Positions 10,095-20,171 of a stretch of DNA of 64,000 nt are shown here, piece by piece. A program made the position numbers and the translations under genes. How positions within the stretch are numbered: position 1 is the first letter of the stretch; each line of letters opens with the position of its first letter. Source of the stretch: Promethearchaeota archaeon (GTDB taxonomy: Archaea; Asgardarchaeota; Lokiarchaeia; Sigyniarchaeales; SOKP01). Below the pieces are notes generated by a model. That model saw only the letters and a list, made by a program, of their open reading frames with translations, had not been told where the DNA came from and did no database searches. The DNA lies in NCBI GenBank assembly GCA_030599585.1, contig JAUVNS010000005.1, positions 224,001 through 288,000 of the forward strand. The letters are read 5' to 3'.

Positions 10095-10391
10095 TTGAAA
10101 TTACGACTTATACTTAAAACTACAACAAAAAAAAACAAAGATGTATATCTTAAATTCAACATAGCTCCAAGCAAACATTTAGGTTTTATAAATTTCATTA
10201 ATTTAGCTTTAAATCAAGATAAACCGGTTTCGATAACTTTCGAAAAAATAAGTAAAAAAGGAGATAAAGAAGAAAGTAAAATTGTTGGAACCTTTAAATT
10301 TGAAGGAAAGAGCGATGCTGAATTGGAAACTGAAATTAAAGAACGAGAGAAAAAAAGGAAAAAACAGCACCAAAAAAGAGTTCAAGGCTAA
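10095..10391 (+). CDS. small basic hypothetical protein
   Basis: 98-aa ORF, TTG start, Lys-rich tail. Confidence 0.65.
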   Translation: MKLRLILKTTTKKNKDVYLKFNIAPSKHLGFINFINLALNQDKPVSITFEKISKKGDKEESKIVGTFKFEGKSDAELETEIKEREKKRKKQHQKRVQG

Positions 10392-10481
10392 TTTCTATTT
10401 GATAAAATTTTTTAAGATAGTATTCAATATTCTAATTTTATAAATCCATCGATACTTAGTAAACTTAAGTAAGTCTTAGAT

Positions 10482-11432
10482 ATGAATAAAGAAATTTCTC
10501 TAGAGATTCCTGGTCGCATTTGTATTGTGGGGGATAAGGTTGATCTACTAGGAAAACCAGTCATAGCCATGGCAATTAATTTAATGATGAGATTTAATTA
10601 TAAACCTCGTAAAGATGATACAATTGAATTTTATAGTCACAACACGAATGAAAGAATCCATTTCACATTGGATGAATCACCCCCTAAAAATATAGATTTA
10701 GCGTATTGGAGTGTTTTATTTGATAGGCTAAAAAGTAAAATTGACCACGGATTCTATTTAGATGTGTCATCAGATATCCCCATTGGGGGGGGACTCTCTA
10801 CATCAGCAGCACTTTCCGTTGGATTTTTGAAAATTATAAGTGAAGTATTCACTTTAAATTTAAATAACAATGAAATTGCAGAACTTGCTTATTTGGGAGA
10901 AAATCACGATTTAGGAATCCAATGTGGGAGAATGGATCAATATAGCATTGCGCATGGTGGTATCACTTTTATCCATACTGACGATAATCCTCGGGTTGAA
11001 CAATTAAAACTTAAGAATCTTCCCATTGTAGTTGGAGATTCAGTTGAAGATCGGAAAGCTGCTTCTGTATTAAATCGGATTAAGAAACAAATACTTTTAA
11101 AGGATGAAATAACTCTAAAAGCTTTTAAGGAAATTGAAAATTGCGTAACTCAATCCAAAACGGCGCTTTTAAATAACGACTACCAAAAACTTGGAATGTA
11201 TATGGAGATTCAACAACAGCAAGAGATATTATTAGAAGCTACCACTCCTAAGATTTTAAAATTATGTGAAGCTGCAAAAAACGCAGGAGCACTCGGAGCA
11301 AAACAAATGGGGGCCGGAGGTGGTGGTGCCATGCTTGCAATAGCACCAGGAAGACAAAATGAGGTTGTTAAAGCTATAGAGCGGGCTGGAGGGAGAGCTT
11401 GGATTTTTGACATCTATAATTATGCCTCCTAG
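10482..11432 (+). CDS. GHMP kinase (mevalonate/galactokinase-like)
   Basis: PGRICIVG, IPIGGGLSTSAA, CGRMDQY, GAKQMGAGGGG. Confidence 0.88.
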   Translation: MNKEISLEIPGRICIVGDKVDLLGKPVIAMAINLMMRFNYKPRKDDTIEFYSHNTNERIHFTLDESPPKNIDLAYWSVLFDRLKSKIDHGFYLDVSSDIPIGGGLSTSAALSVGFLKIISEVFTLNLNNNEIAELAYLGENHDLGIQCGRMDQYSIAHGGITFIHTDDNPRVEQLKLKNLPIVVGDSVEDRKAASVLNRIKKQILLKDEITLKAFKEIENCVTQSKTALLNNDYQKLGMYMEIQQQQEILLEATTPKILKLCEAAKNAGALGAKQMGAGGGGAMLAIAPGRQNEVVKAIERAGGRAWIFDIYNYAS

Positions 11433-11440
11433 ATTTGGAT

Positions 11441-12190
11441 TTAGCGTAACCCGATGAAACCCAATTTCACAAGATTCTTACATATGTTGTAGACTTGTAC
11501 ATGCTTTAAATCCAATTTTTCCGTTATCTGTCTTATAGATTTTTGCCCATCGATTTGATAATATACTTTTTGTGAAGTTTCACCGGTCAAGTAATATTTT
11601 GGATTAATTTTTTTTAGTGTTGTGAATCGAGGGATTTGATTGCAGTAAGGAGGTAAGTTAGGCGGAGGATCTAACTTACTCCTTAGAGCTTTTAAGTTGG
11701 ATTCTTCATTTAATCTCTCTTCTACGCTTTTAAATAAGTCAACAACCCTTTCTTTGAACTCTGTATCGCTCTCATTCAATTCCTCTTCTACAAAAGCCTC
11801 TAAAATATTCTCAAAGGATTTGAATGCATTAGTATTACCTTTCCAATTCAATATTGCGTCGATGCTGAATTTTAGTATAAATGTTCGAGAAAGCTTCCTT
11901 AAAATCCTTAAAACATTTACAGGTTTAGATTTTTCATCGTATGTGGCAATGTAAATTAAATTTGGAATACTTGAGTCCTTTAAAAACGATAATTTTAAAT
12001 CATTATTAGATAATTTCAATTCGCTAATAGTTCCTAAATCCTCAAAAGAGTCAGCAAAAGAGTTCAGTGCTGAAAAAAACCCAGATACCATAAGTAATGA
12101 GTCTGCTTCTGAGAAAATATTTTTAGCTATAGAAAAATTCTTAAACAATAGCGGTAATCCATCTTTAATAATTAAGAAATCATGTATCAT
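11441..12190 (-). CDS. longin domain + C-terminal winged helix (NPRL2-like architecture)
   Basis: MIHDFLIIKDGLPLL...VSGFFSALNSF longin pattern; IDGQKSIRQI...NLVKLGFI wHTH. Confidence 0.7.
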   Translation of the reverse strand: MIHDFLIIKDGLPLLFKNFSIAKNIFSEADSLLMVSGFFSALNSFADSFEDLGTISELKLSNNDLKLSFLKDSSIPNLIYIATYDEKSKPVNVLRILRKLSRTFILKFSIDAILNWKGNTNAFKSFENILEAFVEEELNESDTEFKERVVDLFKSVEERLNEESNLKALRSKLDPPPNLPPYCNQIPRFTTLKKINPKYYLTGETSQKVYYQIDGQKSIRQITEKLDLKHVQVYNICKNLVKLGFIGLR

Positions 12191-12454
12191 GAATTAGACT
12201 CGTCTTACTTTGTTCAGATATTTATAAAAACTCAAATAAAATCATCAATCTTAGTATCAATAAAATTTAATATCTAAAAAAGAAAAAAAAAAGTAATATC
12301 CTAGTAATATAAAAAAAATATTGAAATCTTTAAACTATAAGGAAATATAATTATTTAGAATTTGAAAATTATTTACGATTCCTCAACTCTCATTAATAAG
12401 ATAAGCGGGAGGAAAAGCATATAATATAAAAACAAGTTATGGAGTTGAGACATA

Positions 12455-13198
12455 CTGAAAGCAATAATACTCTGTGCGGGTCAAGGAACGAGGTTACAAC
12501 CTTATACTAACAAATATCAGAAAACGATGCTGAAACTTCACGGTAAGCCTTTTTTAGAATACCTTTTAGAAGGATTGATATCTGCAGGCTTTAGAGAATT
12601 CATTTTTGTGGTTGGATATAAAAAAGAACAAATAATTAGCTATTTTCAAAATGGAAAGAATTGGAATGTAAATATCAAATATTTAGAGCAAGAGAAGTTA
12701 AATGGAACTGGAGGAGCTTTATTGCTCTGCGAAAGTTCTATTATTAAAGATCACTTTTTTTTAACATGGGGAGATATATTAGTACCTTATAAGATATATA
12801 AAGATGTGGTTGATATCCATCAAAAAGAAAAGTATGACTATATTTTAGTTGCTAATTACACGGAAGATCCTTACTTAGGTGCTGCAATTTATAGCGATGG
12901 CAGTATTTGTACCGATATAATTGAAAAACCACCTCTCGGAACCTCGAAGACTAATTTTAACAATTGTGGCGTGTTCATTTTTTCTAAAAACATATTCAAT
13001 CTTTTGAGAAAACTCTCACCTTCCGAAAGGGGTGAAATAGAAGTTCCTAAAGCTCTTCTAAAAGGGATAAAAGAACATAATTGGAAAGTAAGAGTTGTAG
13101 AAATGGGGAAATATCAATTCAGAATTGACTTAGGAGTTAAGCAAATATATGAACAATTAAGGGACGATTCATCATGGGTTCATTTTTTAAAGATTTAA
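12455..13198 (+). CDS. sugar-phosphate nucleotidyltransferase, probable CTG start
   Basis: (L)KAIILCAGQGTRLQPYT lies upstream of the track ATG; GTGGA, WGD, IEKP, SERGEIE. Confidence 0.88.
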   Translation: MKAIILCAGQGTRLQPYTNKYQKTMLKLHGKPFLEYLLEGLISAGFREFIFVVGYKKEQIISYFQNGKNWNVNIKYLEQEKLNGTGGALLLCESSIIKDHFFLTWGDILVPYKIYKDVVDIHQKEKYDYILVANYTEDPYLGAAIYSDGSICTDIIEKPPLGTSKTNFNNCGVFIFSKNIFNLLRKLSPSERGEIEVPKALLKGIKEHNWKVRVVEMGKYQFRIDLGVKQIYEQLRDDSSWVHFLKI

Positions 13199-13274
13199 AT
13201 AATAAAAGAGTGAAGATAATTACATAATATAACACTTGATATTTTATATAAAATGTGAAGGAGTAGTAGTTTAA

Positions 13275-14894
13275 ATGCGAATAAGAACGAGAAAAAATCT
13301 TTTAAAGAAAAATATCGTTGTAACATTTTTGCTTTTGATTCCTGCAATAAGCTTTTTTGGCTTTGTTGGTTTTGGTCTTAGTATTCTCGACGATCTCGCT
13401 TCGCTCACTCTACGCCTTGAACCTCCAAATACTACTTTTTTTACACCCCTAAATCAAATTACCGCAAACCAAACTTATCTAGATCAAATGGCTGATAAAT
13501 ATGATTATCTGTTAGAAAAGTGGCACATTCCTACTAACATCAGTATAGATGTTACATTCACAAATGACTCATATAACGAAGTTCAGAGCTACCATGGCAC
13601 CGATAATGGAAATTTGCATTTAGGTTATACTCTCGTTTCTCAATGTTTGCGATATAAATATGCATTAGATAATAGCGATTTAGCTGAGTTAAATAATGCA
13701 ACGCGTATGGTTAAAAAATGTGTTACAGGATTCAGCAACATGCTTGCGGCTCCTAATGGGGGAATTGGCCCCAATTACCCTGGAATGCCTGCAAGATTTG
13801 TATCTGCTCCAGAAAACCGGAAATATCACGAGTGGCTATTCCAAGATCATCCACGACACTTTAACGGAACAGGAATTTATAAAAATTGGAGAGTAAGGTT
13901 ACACACATCTCGTGACGAGCTAGCAGGATATTATCTGGGATTCGCTAGCGTGCTAAAATTCATCGATCCTGAAGCCAATGAAGAAAGCAGATGGTGCGTT
14001 GAAAGAATCAAGTTATTAACTGCTCAAATGATAGAAGGCTTTCGCAAAACAAATTGGCTTGTATTGGGTGGAGATGGTGAACCTGTTGGATCAGATTTAA
14101 ATCCGATATTAGGGGAAAGCATGTGGCAATTAACTTTACTTCGCATAGGAGCTACAGCCTATCCAGATAGATATGATTCGCTTTATCATTATGCAGCGAC
14201 AAAAATCATGTCTATGCACAATGGTCACATGGGATCAGCTAGCAATACTGCGTACGATACCTATGCTCTATCTTTTAGCATGGATGTAGAGTTTGCGTTA
14301 ATAATTTTAGAAGATAACCCCCTAATTCAACACCATTACATAAAAAGATTCGAGGAAGGATTCTATAGTTTCCTGAGATACCACCGTAATGCTTTTTTTA
14401 ATATTATACACTTGACTTTTATGAAAATGATTCAAGATTCGACTTTATTTGAGGATTCGAGCTATAATGACGAAACTATAAAGTGGGATGTTTTGGATCA
14501 GTTGTGGAAATTTAATACTTCTGGATGGGGAGATGGGATAAGAAACTATAATTTAACAATGAGACCGAATTCGACAAGGGCAACTAGTGTAAATCCCTCA
14601 ATAGCCTCTATGGAGATAGATCCGAGTAGAGCAAAGTGGGTTGAATTCTTTGAAAATAACATATATGGGACCCTCTTTTCGTGGGTTGGAGAATTAATCG
14701 ATCTCGACGATCCAAGAGATACTCAATATACACTTCCATTAACGATCTCAGAAATGGGCGTTCACCATTTTCTTTGGGAACACAGCAAATTCTTTGGAAC
14801 CGGGGGTAATCCAACAGGAAACGGATTGACACAAGTAATACCTAATAGCTATTTAGTTGTTTATTGGATGGGAAAGGCTTTTGATATCTTCTAA
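13275..14894 (+). CDS. membrane-anchored/secreted protein of unknown function (possibly alpha/alpha barrel)
   Basis: N-terminal basic + TM segment, N-x-S/T sequons, aromatic-rich, SRDELAG motif. Confidence 0.6.
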   Translation: MRIRTRKNLLKKNIVVTFLLLIPAISFFGFVGFGLSILDDLASLTLRLEPPNTTFFTPLNQITANQTYLDQMADKYDYLLEKWHIPTNISIDVTFTNDSYNEVQSYHGTDNGNLHLGYTLVSQCLRYKYALDNSDLAELNNATRMVKKCVTGFSNMLAAPNGGIGPNYPGMPARFVSAPENRKYHEWLFQDHPRHFNGTGIYKNWRVRLHTSRDELAGYYLGFASVLKFIDPEANEESRWCVERIKLLTAQMIEGFRKTNWLVLGGDGEPVGSDLNPILGESMWQLTLLRIGATAYPDRYDSLYHYAATKIMSMHNGHMGSASNTAYDTYALSFSMDVEFALIILEDNPLIQHHYIKRFEEGFYSFLRYHRNAFFNIIHLTFMKMIQDSTLFEDSSYNDETIKWDVLDQLWKFNTSGWGDGIRNYNLTMRPNSTRATSVNPSIASMEIDPSRAKWVEFFENNIYGTLFSWVGELIDLDDPRDTQYTLPLTISEMGVHHFLWEHSKFFGTGGNPTGNGLTQVIPNSYLVVYWMGKAFDIF

Positions 14895-14992
14895 AATTTA
14901 ATTTTAAAACTATTTTCATCTACTTAATACAAATTATATCATTGCCTGTTCTCGTAGAAAAAAGAAAAAAAAAGGAATTTATTATAATTTTA

Positions 14993-16282
14993 TTACTCTT
15001 TGATTATTTTATGCTCATAATCTTCCTTCTTTAACAGTAAGAAACTACCAAGGCCAATGTTAGAAACTATGGCCAAAAATAGAAATACTATTAGATAGGA
15101 AGCGGTGCCGCTTAAAATTATTCCTGTTAAAGACATGCCGAGCGTGCTACCTAAATTTGCAAAAGCATTACATAACGAGTAATAAGTGCTACTCATCTCA
15201 GGGTGTTGTTTTGAAATTTCAGTTACTACAGCGGCGTAACTCGAATGTCTCCACCCAATTGCACATCCTATAAGCGTCGAAAATATCACTAATATTGGCC
15301 ATTCTAATGGAATTATCATTAATAATAGAGAAATGGTAGTTATTCCGTACGCTATATAAACGCTTACTTTTCTTGTGATTCGATCAGCGATTTGTCCTCC
15401 GACTATCGCCCCGATCACCACTCCAATAGCGATTACCATAGTTAAGTTCCCGTTTACTAGATAAATATTTAAATCATCGCTAGGTAGCGAGAGGGACGTC
15501 CCACTAGAAGATAATAAACCCATGTTTATTAGGATGAAAATTGAGACAAATAAAATACCAACGGAATCTATAATAGAAGCGAATAAAGAAAATCCGTAAG
15601 TTTTCCAGTCTCTTTTATTGTTGAACATTTCCTTGAGATGTTTACCAACTTTTGCTTCTGGGTATACCGTAGGCTCTTTGATTAAAAGGGTTAAAAACGA
15701 ACATAGTATAGTTAAAATTCCAATAATGATAAACAAAGTTGGTACTTCTAAACCGCCTGAAACTACTAATAACGCAAATAAAGGCCCCCCAGCTACAGCT
15801 CCTACGGATCTTAAACCCCAATTTAACCCTGATACGCGTCCTAATTTTTCTTTTGGAGTAATATCCAACAGTAAACCGTCAATAATTGTATCACCGAAAG
15901 AAACACCAAAAAAAATTAGTATACCCATAATCGTAAATACAGATATGGCATTTCCAGCTGTAATAATGCCTGGCATTCCTAAAATGATCCACAATACTCC
16001 CGCAAACGATACCATGCTTATTATCCAAGGTCGTCGTCTCCCTAATTTTTTTAACCCAAATTTATCTCCAAGAATTCCATAGAAAATTTTAAAAATCCAT
16101 GGTAAGGTAATTATTGATCCCAGAAACGCAAGTTGCGAAGCGTCGATCACTCCAATAAATTGGATCAAATAAATTGGTATAATTACCGCAAATAAAGATT
16201 GATCGATTCCTTGGAAAAGGTAATTCACATTAAAAATAGCAATATAGTATTTCTTAAATTCGACTTGTTCTCGTTCACTCAT
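14993..16282 (-). CDS. MFS transporter (AmpG/BT1-like)
   Basis: ~12 TM; LPWIFKIFYGILGD, GRRRPW, GGQIADRITRK. Confidence 0.9.
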   Translation of the reverse strand: MSEREQVEFKKYYIAIFNVNYLFQGIDQSLFAVIIPIYLIQFIGVIDASQLAFLGSIITLPWIFKIFYGILGDKFGLKKLGRRRPWIISMVSFAGVLWIILGMPGIITAGNAISVFTIMGILIFFGVSFGDTIIDGLLLDITPKEKLGRVSGLNWGLRSVGAVAGGPLFALLVVSGGLEVPTLFIIIGILTILCSFLTLLIKEPTVYPEAKVGKHLKEMFNNKRDWKTYGFSLFASIIDSVGILFVSIFILINMGLLSSSGTSLSLPSDDLNIYLVNGNLTMVIAIGVVIGAIVGGQIADRITRKVSVYIAYGITTISLLLMIIPLEWPILVIFSTLIGCAIGWRHSSYAAVVTEISKQHPEMSSTYYSLCNAFANLGSTLGMSLTGIILSGTASYLIVFLFLAIVSNIGLGSFLLLKKEDYEHKIIKE

Positions 16283-16513
16283 TTTTTTTTTTTAAATTTT
16301 AATTGGATTCAATTTTGTTTTAGTTTTATGTAAAACAATGAATATGATCTTATTTTTACATACTACTATAAAAGGATTTCTTCAAAAATTACTAATAAAT
16401 TTATAACTTCACCAATAATTATAACATCCATATAAATTGGACTCCAAATCTTTTTAAATTAATGATTCATCTCGTTATTTAGAATTTCTACTATTAAAAA
16501 AAGGTTAGAAACC

Positions 16514-17080
16514 ATGTCAAGTGACAATTATAGAAATCGTTACTATTCTAAAAAAAAATACGAGGCTGCAATTGAAACGCTAGGCTGTGGATTTGTTTTC
16601 CTATTTGTAGCAATATTATCCCTGTTTTTTCTAGCTTTCAACATTAACTTTATTGGTCTTAGTTCTTGGGGTTATTGGCTTTTCATTCCTGCCTTCTTTA
16701 TTATTCTTGGGGGAGTTCAACAGTATTATACTAATGAAAAATTTCAAAAATCTGTGAGAGTTGCAATTTTGGATCGCAGTAATCAAGGAACTCATAAATT
16801 AGAAGATATAGCTCTTGAGGTCGGGATTAAACCTAGGGATGTGCTTAAAGTTCTTATCGACCTGCGTCAAAAAGGAGCTATTTCCTACCGTTTTAACTCA
16901 GAAACGGGCGAAATAATTCTTGGTGAGAAAGTTGCTTATGTGAAATCAGAAGAATATGTTGTTCCTCCAAAACAGTTAGCAGAGCCATTAGAAACGAAAG
17001 GAAAAGGATACTGTATGTATTGCGGTCATCAATTATCTTCAGAAGGTAACTTTTGTGAAAATTGTGGTTCAAAAATTTAA
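16514..17080 (+). CDS. 2-TM protein with PCI-like winged helix and C-terminal double zinc ribbon
   Basis: TMs; LEDIALEVGIKPRDVLKVLIDLRQKGAI; CMYCG...FCENCG. Confidence 0.7.
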   Translation: MSSDNYRNRYYSKKKYEAAIETLGCGFVFLFVAILSLFFLAFNINFIGLSSWGYWLFIPAFFIILGGVQQYYTNEKFQKSVRVAILDRSNQGTHKLEDIALEVGIKPRDVLKVLIDLRQKGAISYRFNSETGEIILGEKVAYVKSEEYVVPPKQLAEPLETKGKGYCMYCGHQLSSEGNFCENCGSKI

Positions 17081-17216
17081 GTATCTTTAATTAAATCTTT
17101 ATTTTTATTTTTATAATACACTTCTTAATTTCATGATAAATCATCTGAGGCTTTTTTTTTAAATACTCATCTCGATTCCTTTTCTTTAAATCGAAAATTT
17201 TCCGGGATGAATTCTC

Positions 17217-17546
17217 ATTTCTAAGGGTTTCCTTAACAACAAAGATGTTGAAAATACATTCGAAACAATTAACCAAAATGAGACTAATCTAAATTTAAGT
17301 AAGGAAGATATTAATGCCGGAAAAACCTCCTATAGCATAAATAATCCTAATAATTTACTCATTCAAGAATGTGATGTTGCTAAAAAAGAATATTTAACCA
17401 TGGTAGAAGATATCCATGTTATCTTAAGCAATCATGAAAATTTAACTAACTATGAAAAGTTAAATTATTGTAATAGCGAAAGACATTACATGAAACAATA
17501 TCTAAAACATACTATGATAAAAATAAATCAAATTTTACCAGATTAA
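17217..17546 (+). CDS. candidate hidden hypothetical protein (~109 aa, ATT start)
   Basis: Stop-free frame 17211-17546; GGGATGA 6 nt before ATT 17217; first in-frame ATG is only at 17400. Confidence 0.45.
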   Translation: MSKGFLNNKDVENTFETINQNETNLNLSKEDINAGKTSYSINNPNNLLIQECDVAKKEYLTMVEDIHVILSNHENLTNYEKLNYCNSERHYMKQYLKHTMIKINQILPD

Positions 17547-17615
17547 ATTCGTAGGTAAATATCATATCTTCTTGGTTTAAAATAATATTTATGATAGCGT
17601 TAATTATGGATTCTA

Positions 17616-18482
17616 ATGACTTTTTCAAAACCAATAATTGATATCATAAAGCAGCGATCATCTTGGAGAACTTACGCTGATCTATTACTTGAAGATGATA
17701 TGAAAAAGAAGGTTATTCAAATTTTAACTTTTAAAGATTTTGAAAGTCCTTTTAGTAACCTCGCGGGGAAAACGCGATTTGAACTTATAGGAGTCCCAGA
17801 ATTTGCTCCCAATGAAAGAAAAAAATTAGGAACTTATGGGTTAATCAAGGGAGCTCAAGAGTTCATAGTGGGAGCGATTGAAAAGTCTGATTATTATAAG
17901 GAAAACTACGGATACATCTTGGAAGCTATAATTTTAGCAGTCACCGATTTGAATTTAGGTACTTGTTGGCTGGGAGGAACTTTTAATAAAAGTCTTTTTT
18001 CTACTAAAATTAATTGTCAAAAAAGCGAGATAGTTCCCGCAATAACTCCTATAGGTCACACCACAGAAACCAGACGCAAAAAAGAGAAAGTAATACGAGC
18101 ATTCGTAAAAGCTGATTCTCGATTTCCTTGGAGTAAAATATTTTTTGAAAATACGTTCTCTACAGCCCTTCCTCGAGAAACAACTGGTAAATATGAAACT
18201 TTAATGGAAATGGTTCGACTTGCTCCATCGGCGGGCAATAAACAACCATGGAGAATTTTAAAAGAAAAGGGGTACGATAGTTTTCATTTCTATGTGAAAT
18301 CTTCAAAGGATTCAAAGCAAAAAGTTTATAACACGTTCATTAACATCGATATAGGGATTGCGATTTGTCACTTTGATCTAACAGCAAAAGAGGTTGGAAT
18401 AGAAGGAAAGTGGGAAATTTTAAACCCAGATATTAATTCTCCCGAAGAATTAAAATATATTATATCGTGGATTGGTCAATAA
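17616..18482 (+). CDS. nitroreductase family protein (duplicated domain)
   Basis: IKQRSSWRTY, LGTCWLGGTF, RLAPSAGNKQPW, IDIGIAICHF. Confidence 0.9.
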   Translation: MTFSKPIIDIIKQRSSWRTYADLLLEDDMKKKVIQILTFKDFESPFSNLAGKTRFELIGVPEFAPNERKKLGTYGLIKGAQEFIVGAIEKSDYYKENYGYILEAIILAVTDLNLGTCWLGGTFNKSLFSTKINCQKSEIVPAITPIGHTTETRRKKEKVIRAFVKADSRFPWSKIFFENTFSTALPRETTGKYETLMEMVRLAPSAGNKQPWRILKEKGYDSFHFYVKSSKDSKQKVYNTFINIDIGIAICHFDLTAKEVGIEGKWEILNPDINSPEELKYIISWIGQ

Positions 18483-18627
18483 AATTTCATTTAAATTTGT
18501 TCATGTTTGTCAAACTTCCTAAACTTCTCTTATTTTAATAATATTAATTGTTTTAAAAGTTTTAAAAACGAGAATTAATGATTCTCTTTTATTTGAGACT
18601 TGAATATACAATTACTTATTTTTTATA

Positions 18628-19626
18628 ATGGCGAGTATACTTGTAACTGGAGGAACTGGATTTATTGGTATACCTTTGGTTAAAAAATTGCACGATTTAG
18701 GACATAACGTAAAACTACTGATAAGAGAGAGTAGCAATACAACTCCTTTTAAGGATCTTGGCAATATTGATTATGTTATTGGCGATGTCCAGGATATAAG
18801 CAGTTTGGAAAAAGCTGTGAATAAAGTAGAGGCTATATACCATCTTGCCGCTTATACAGGGATATGGGCGAAAGATAAATCAATTTATTACGATATTAAT
18901 GTTAAGGGAACGGAAAACATCGTTATTGTTGCTCTTAAAAATGATCTGAAATTATTTTATGTTAGTTCCTTTACTGCCATAGGACCGACTCCTCCAGAAC
19001 CTGTTGATGAATCATTTGAAAACGAGATTTTTTTTATGGAGTATGAGAAATCTAAATTTCAAGCGAAAAAACTCGTGAAAAGTTATATCCCAAAAGGTTT
19101 GAAAGCGATGATATTTTATCCTGGAATTGTATATGGTCCAGGAGATTTTAATATATTCGGCAGAATGCTATATGATGTTATGAGGGGAAAAATGTTTCCC
19201 TTGGGCATTTGTCCTGGAAAGGGAGACTCTATGACCTGTCTATCTTATGTATATGATACATCAAATGCTCTAGCAGATGTAATAAATAGAGAAGATCTTT
19301 TTGGGGAAGATTTTATTCTTGGGGGAGAAAATGTTAAATTTAAAGAATATCTTGATTTAATTGCCAAAATTGGAAGAGATAAAAAAGCAATTAAGCTTCC
19401 TTTTGCATTTGCGATGGTATATGCTTGGTTATTAGAAGTTAAAGCAAGGTTTACTAAGAAAGATCCTTTTTTAACTCGACCTACACTAAGAGCAATTAAA
19501 TATCATAGATCGTACTCATCAAAAAAAGCCATTGATAAATTTGGTTATAATATTACTCCATTAAGAGAAGGTTTAGAAGAAACAATTAAATGGTATAAGG
19601 AATATAGTGAAGAAGGAAAAAAATAA
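18628..19626 (+). CDS. NAD-dependent epimerase/dehydratase (extended SDR, HpnA/3beta-HSD-like)
   Basis: TGGTGFIG, HLAA, YEKSK, VYGPGD. Confidence 0.9.
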   Translation: MASILVTGGTGFIGIPLVKKLHDLGHNVKLLIRESSNTTPFKDLGNIDYVIGDVQDISSLEKAVNKVEAIYHLAAYTGIWAKDKSIYYDINVKGTENIVIVALKNDLKLFYVSSFTAIGPTPPEPVDESFENEIFFMEYEKSKFQAKKLVKSYIPKGLKAMIFYPGIVYGPGDFNIFGRMLYDVMRGKMFPLGICPGKGDSMTCLSYVYDTSNALADVINREDLFGEDFILGGENVKFKEYLDLIAKIGRDKKAIKLPFAFAMVYAWLLEVKARFTKKDPFLTRPTLRAIKYHRSYSSKKAIDKFGYNITPLREGLEETIKWYKEYSEEGKK

Positions 19627-19644
19627 GATGAGTTTTCGAACATC

Positions 19645-20124
19645 ATGTTGGATGAAGAATTAACCAGTCAAATTATTGATAAAGAAGCATATAAAACGGA
19701 AATAGCAAAAAAATACACCACATTTCTTGCACAATATCCGGAAATTTTTTCTGATCTAATTTTTGGATCAAATTTTGATTTCGCCCTCTACAATTCAATT
19801 GAAACATATGATAAAGAATCTCCCGTAGATATCTTTAATGTGTTAAGAAATGGAAATGGGATTGCAATAAAACCTGGAAGAGCAGTTAATTCAGATCTAG
19901 AACTAGCACTCTCGGTAAAAGCGGTTAAAAAATTGATCAAAACAAAAACGAAATTAGAATATGCAAACCTTTTGGGAACATTTTATAATGATCCAGATGA
20001 GGAAAAAGGATGGGTTGATTTTATATTGCGTAAAAGAACACAAAACTTACTCGATATGGGCTATGGAAAATTTGCCCAAACTGCTGGTATCCTCAAAGAT
20101 GATGACGATATTTATAGTATGTAA
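19645..20124 (+). CDS. hypothetical protein, possible SCP2-like fold
   Basis: IKPGRAVNSDLELALS...LLDMGY; paralogous pattern with 21687..22094. Confidence 0.5.
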   Translation: MLDEELTSQIIDKEAYKTEIAKKYTTFLAQYPEIFSDLIFGSNFDFALYNSIETYDKESPVDIFNVLRNGNGIAIKPGRAVNSDLELALSVKAVKKLIKTKTKLEYANLLGTFYNDPDEEKGWVDFILRKRTQNLLDMGYGKFAQTAGILKDDDDIYSM

Positions 20125-20171
20125 AACTCTTTTTAAATAAATTTAGACACATCATTAAAATTAGAAAGGTA

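Noticed and set aside
15618-16082. Antisense and nested ORFs in the track (also 24510-24989, 29745-30299, 41679-42026, 38840-39049 and others)
   Set aside because: Shadows of well-supported genes, with no recognisable motifs
17091-17276. 61-aa minus-strand ORF
   Set aside because: Low-complexity, no motif, overlaps the better plus-strand candidate
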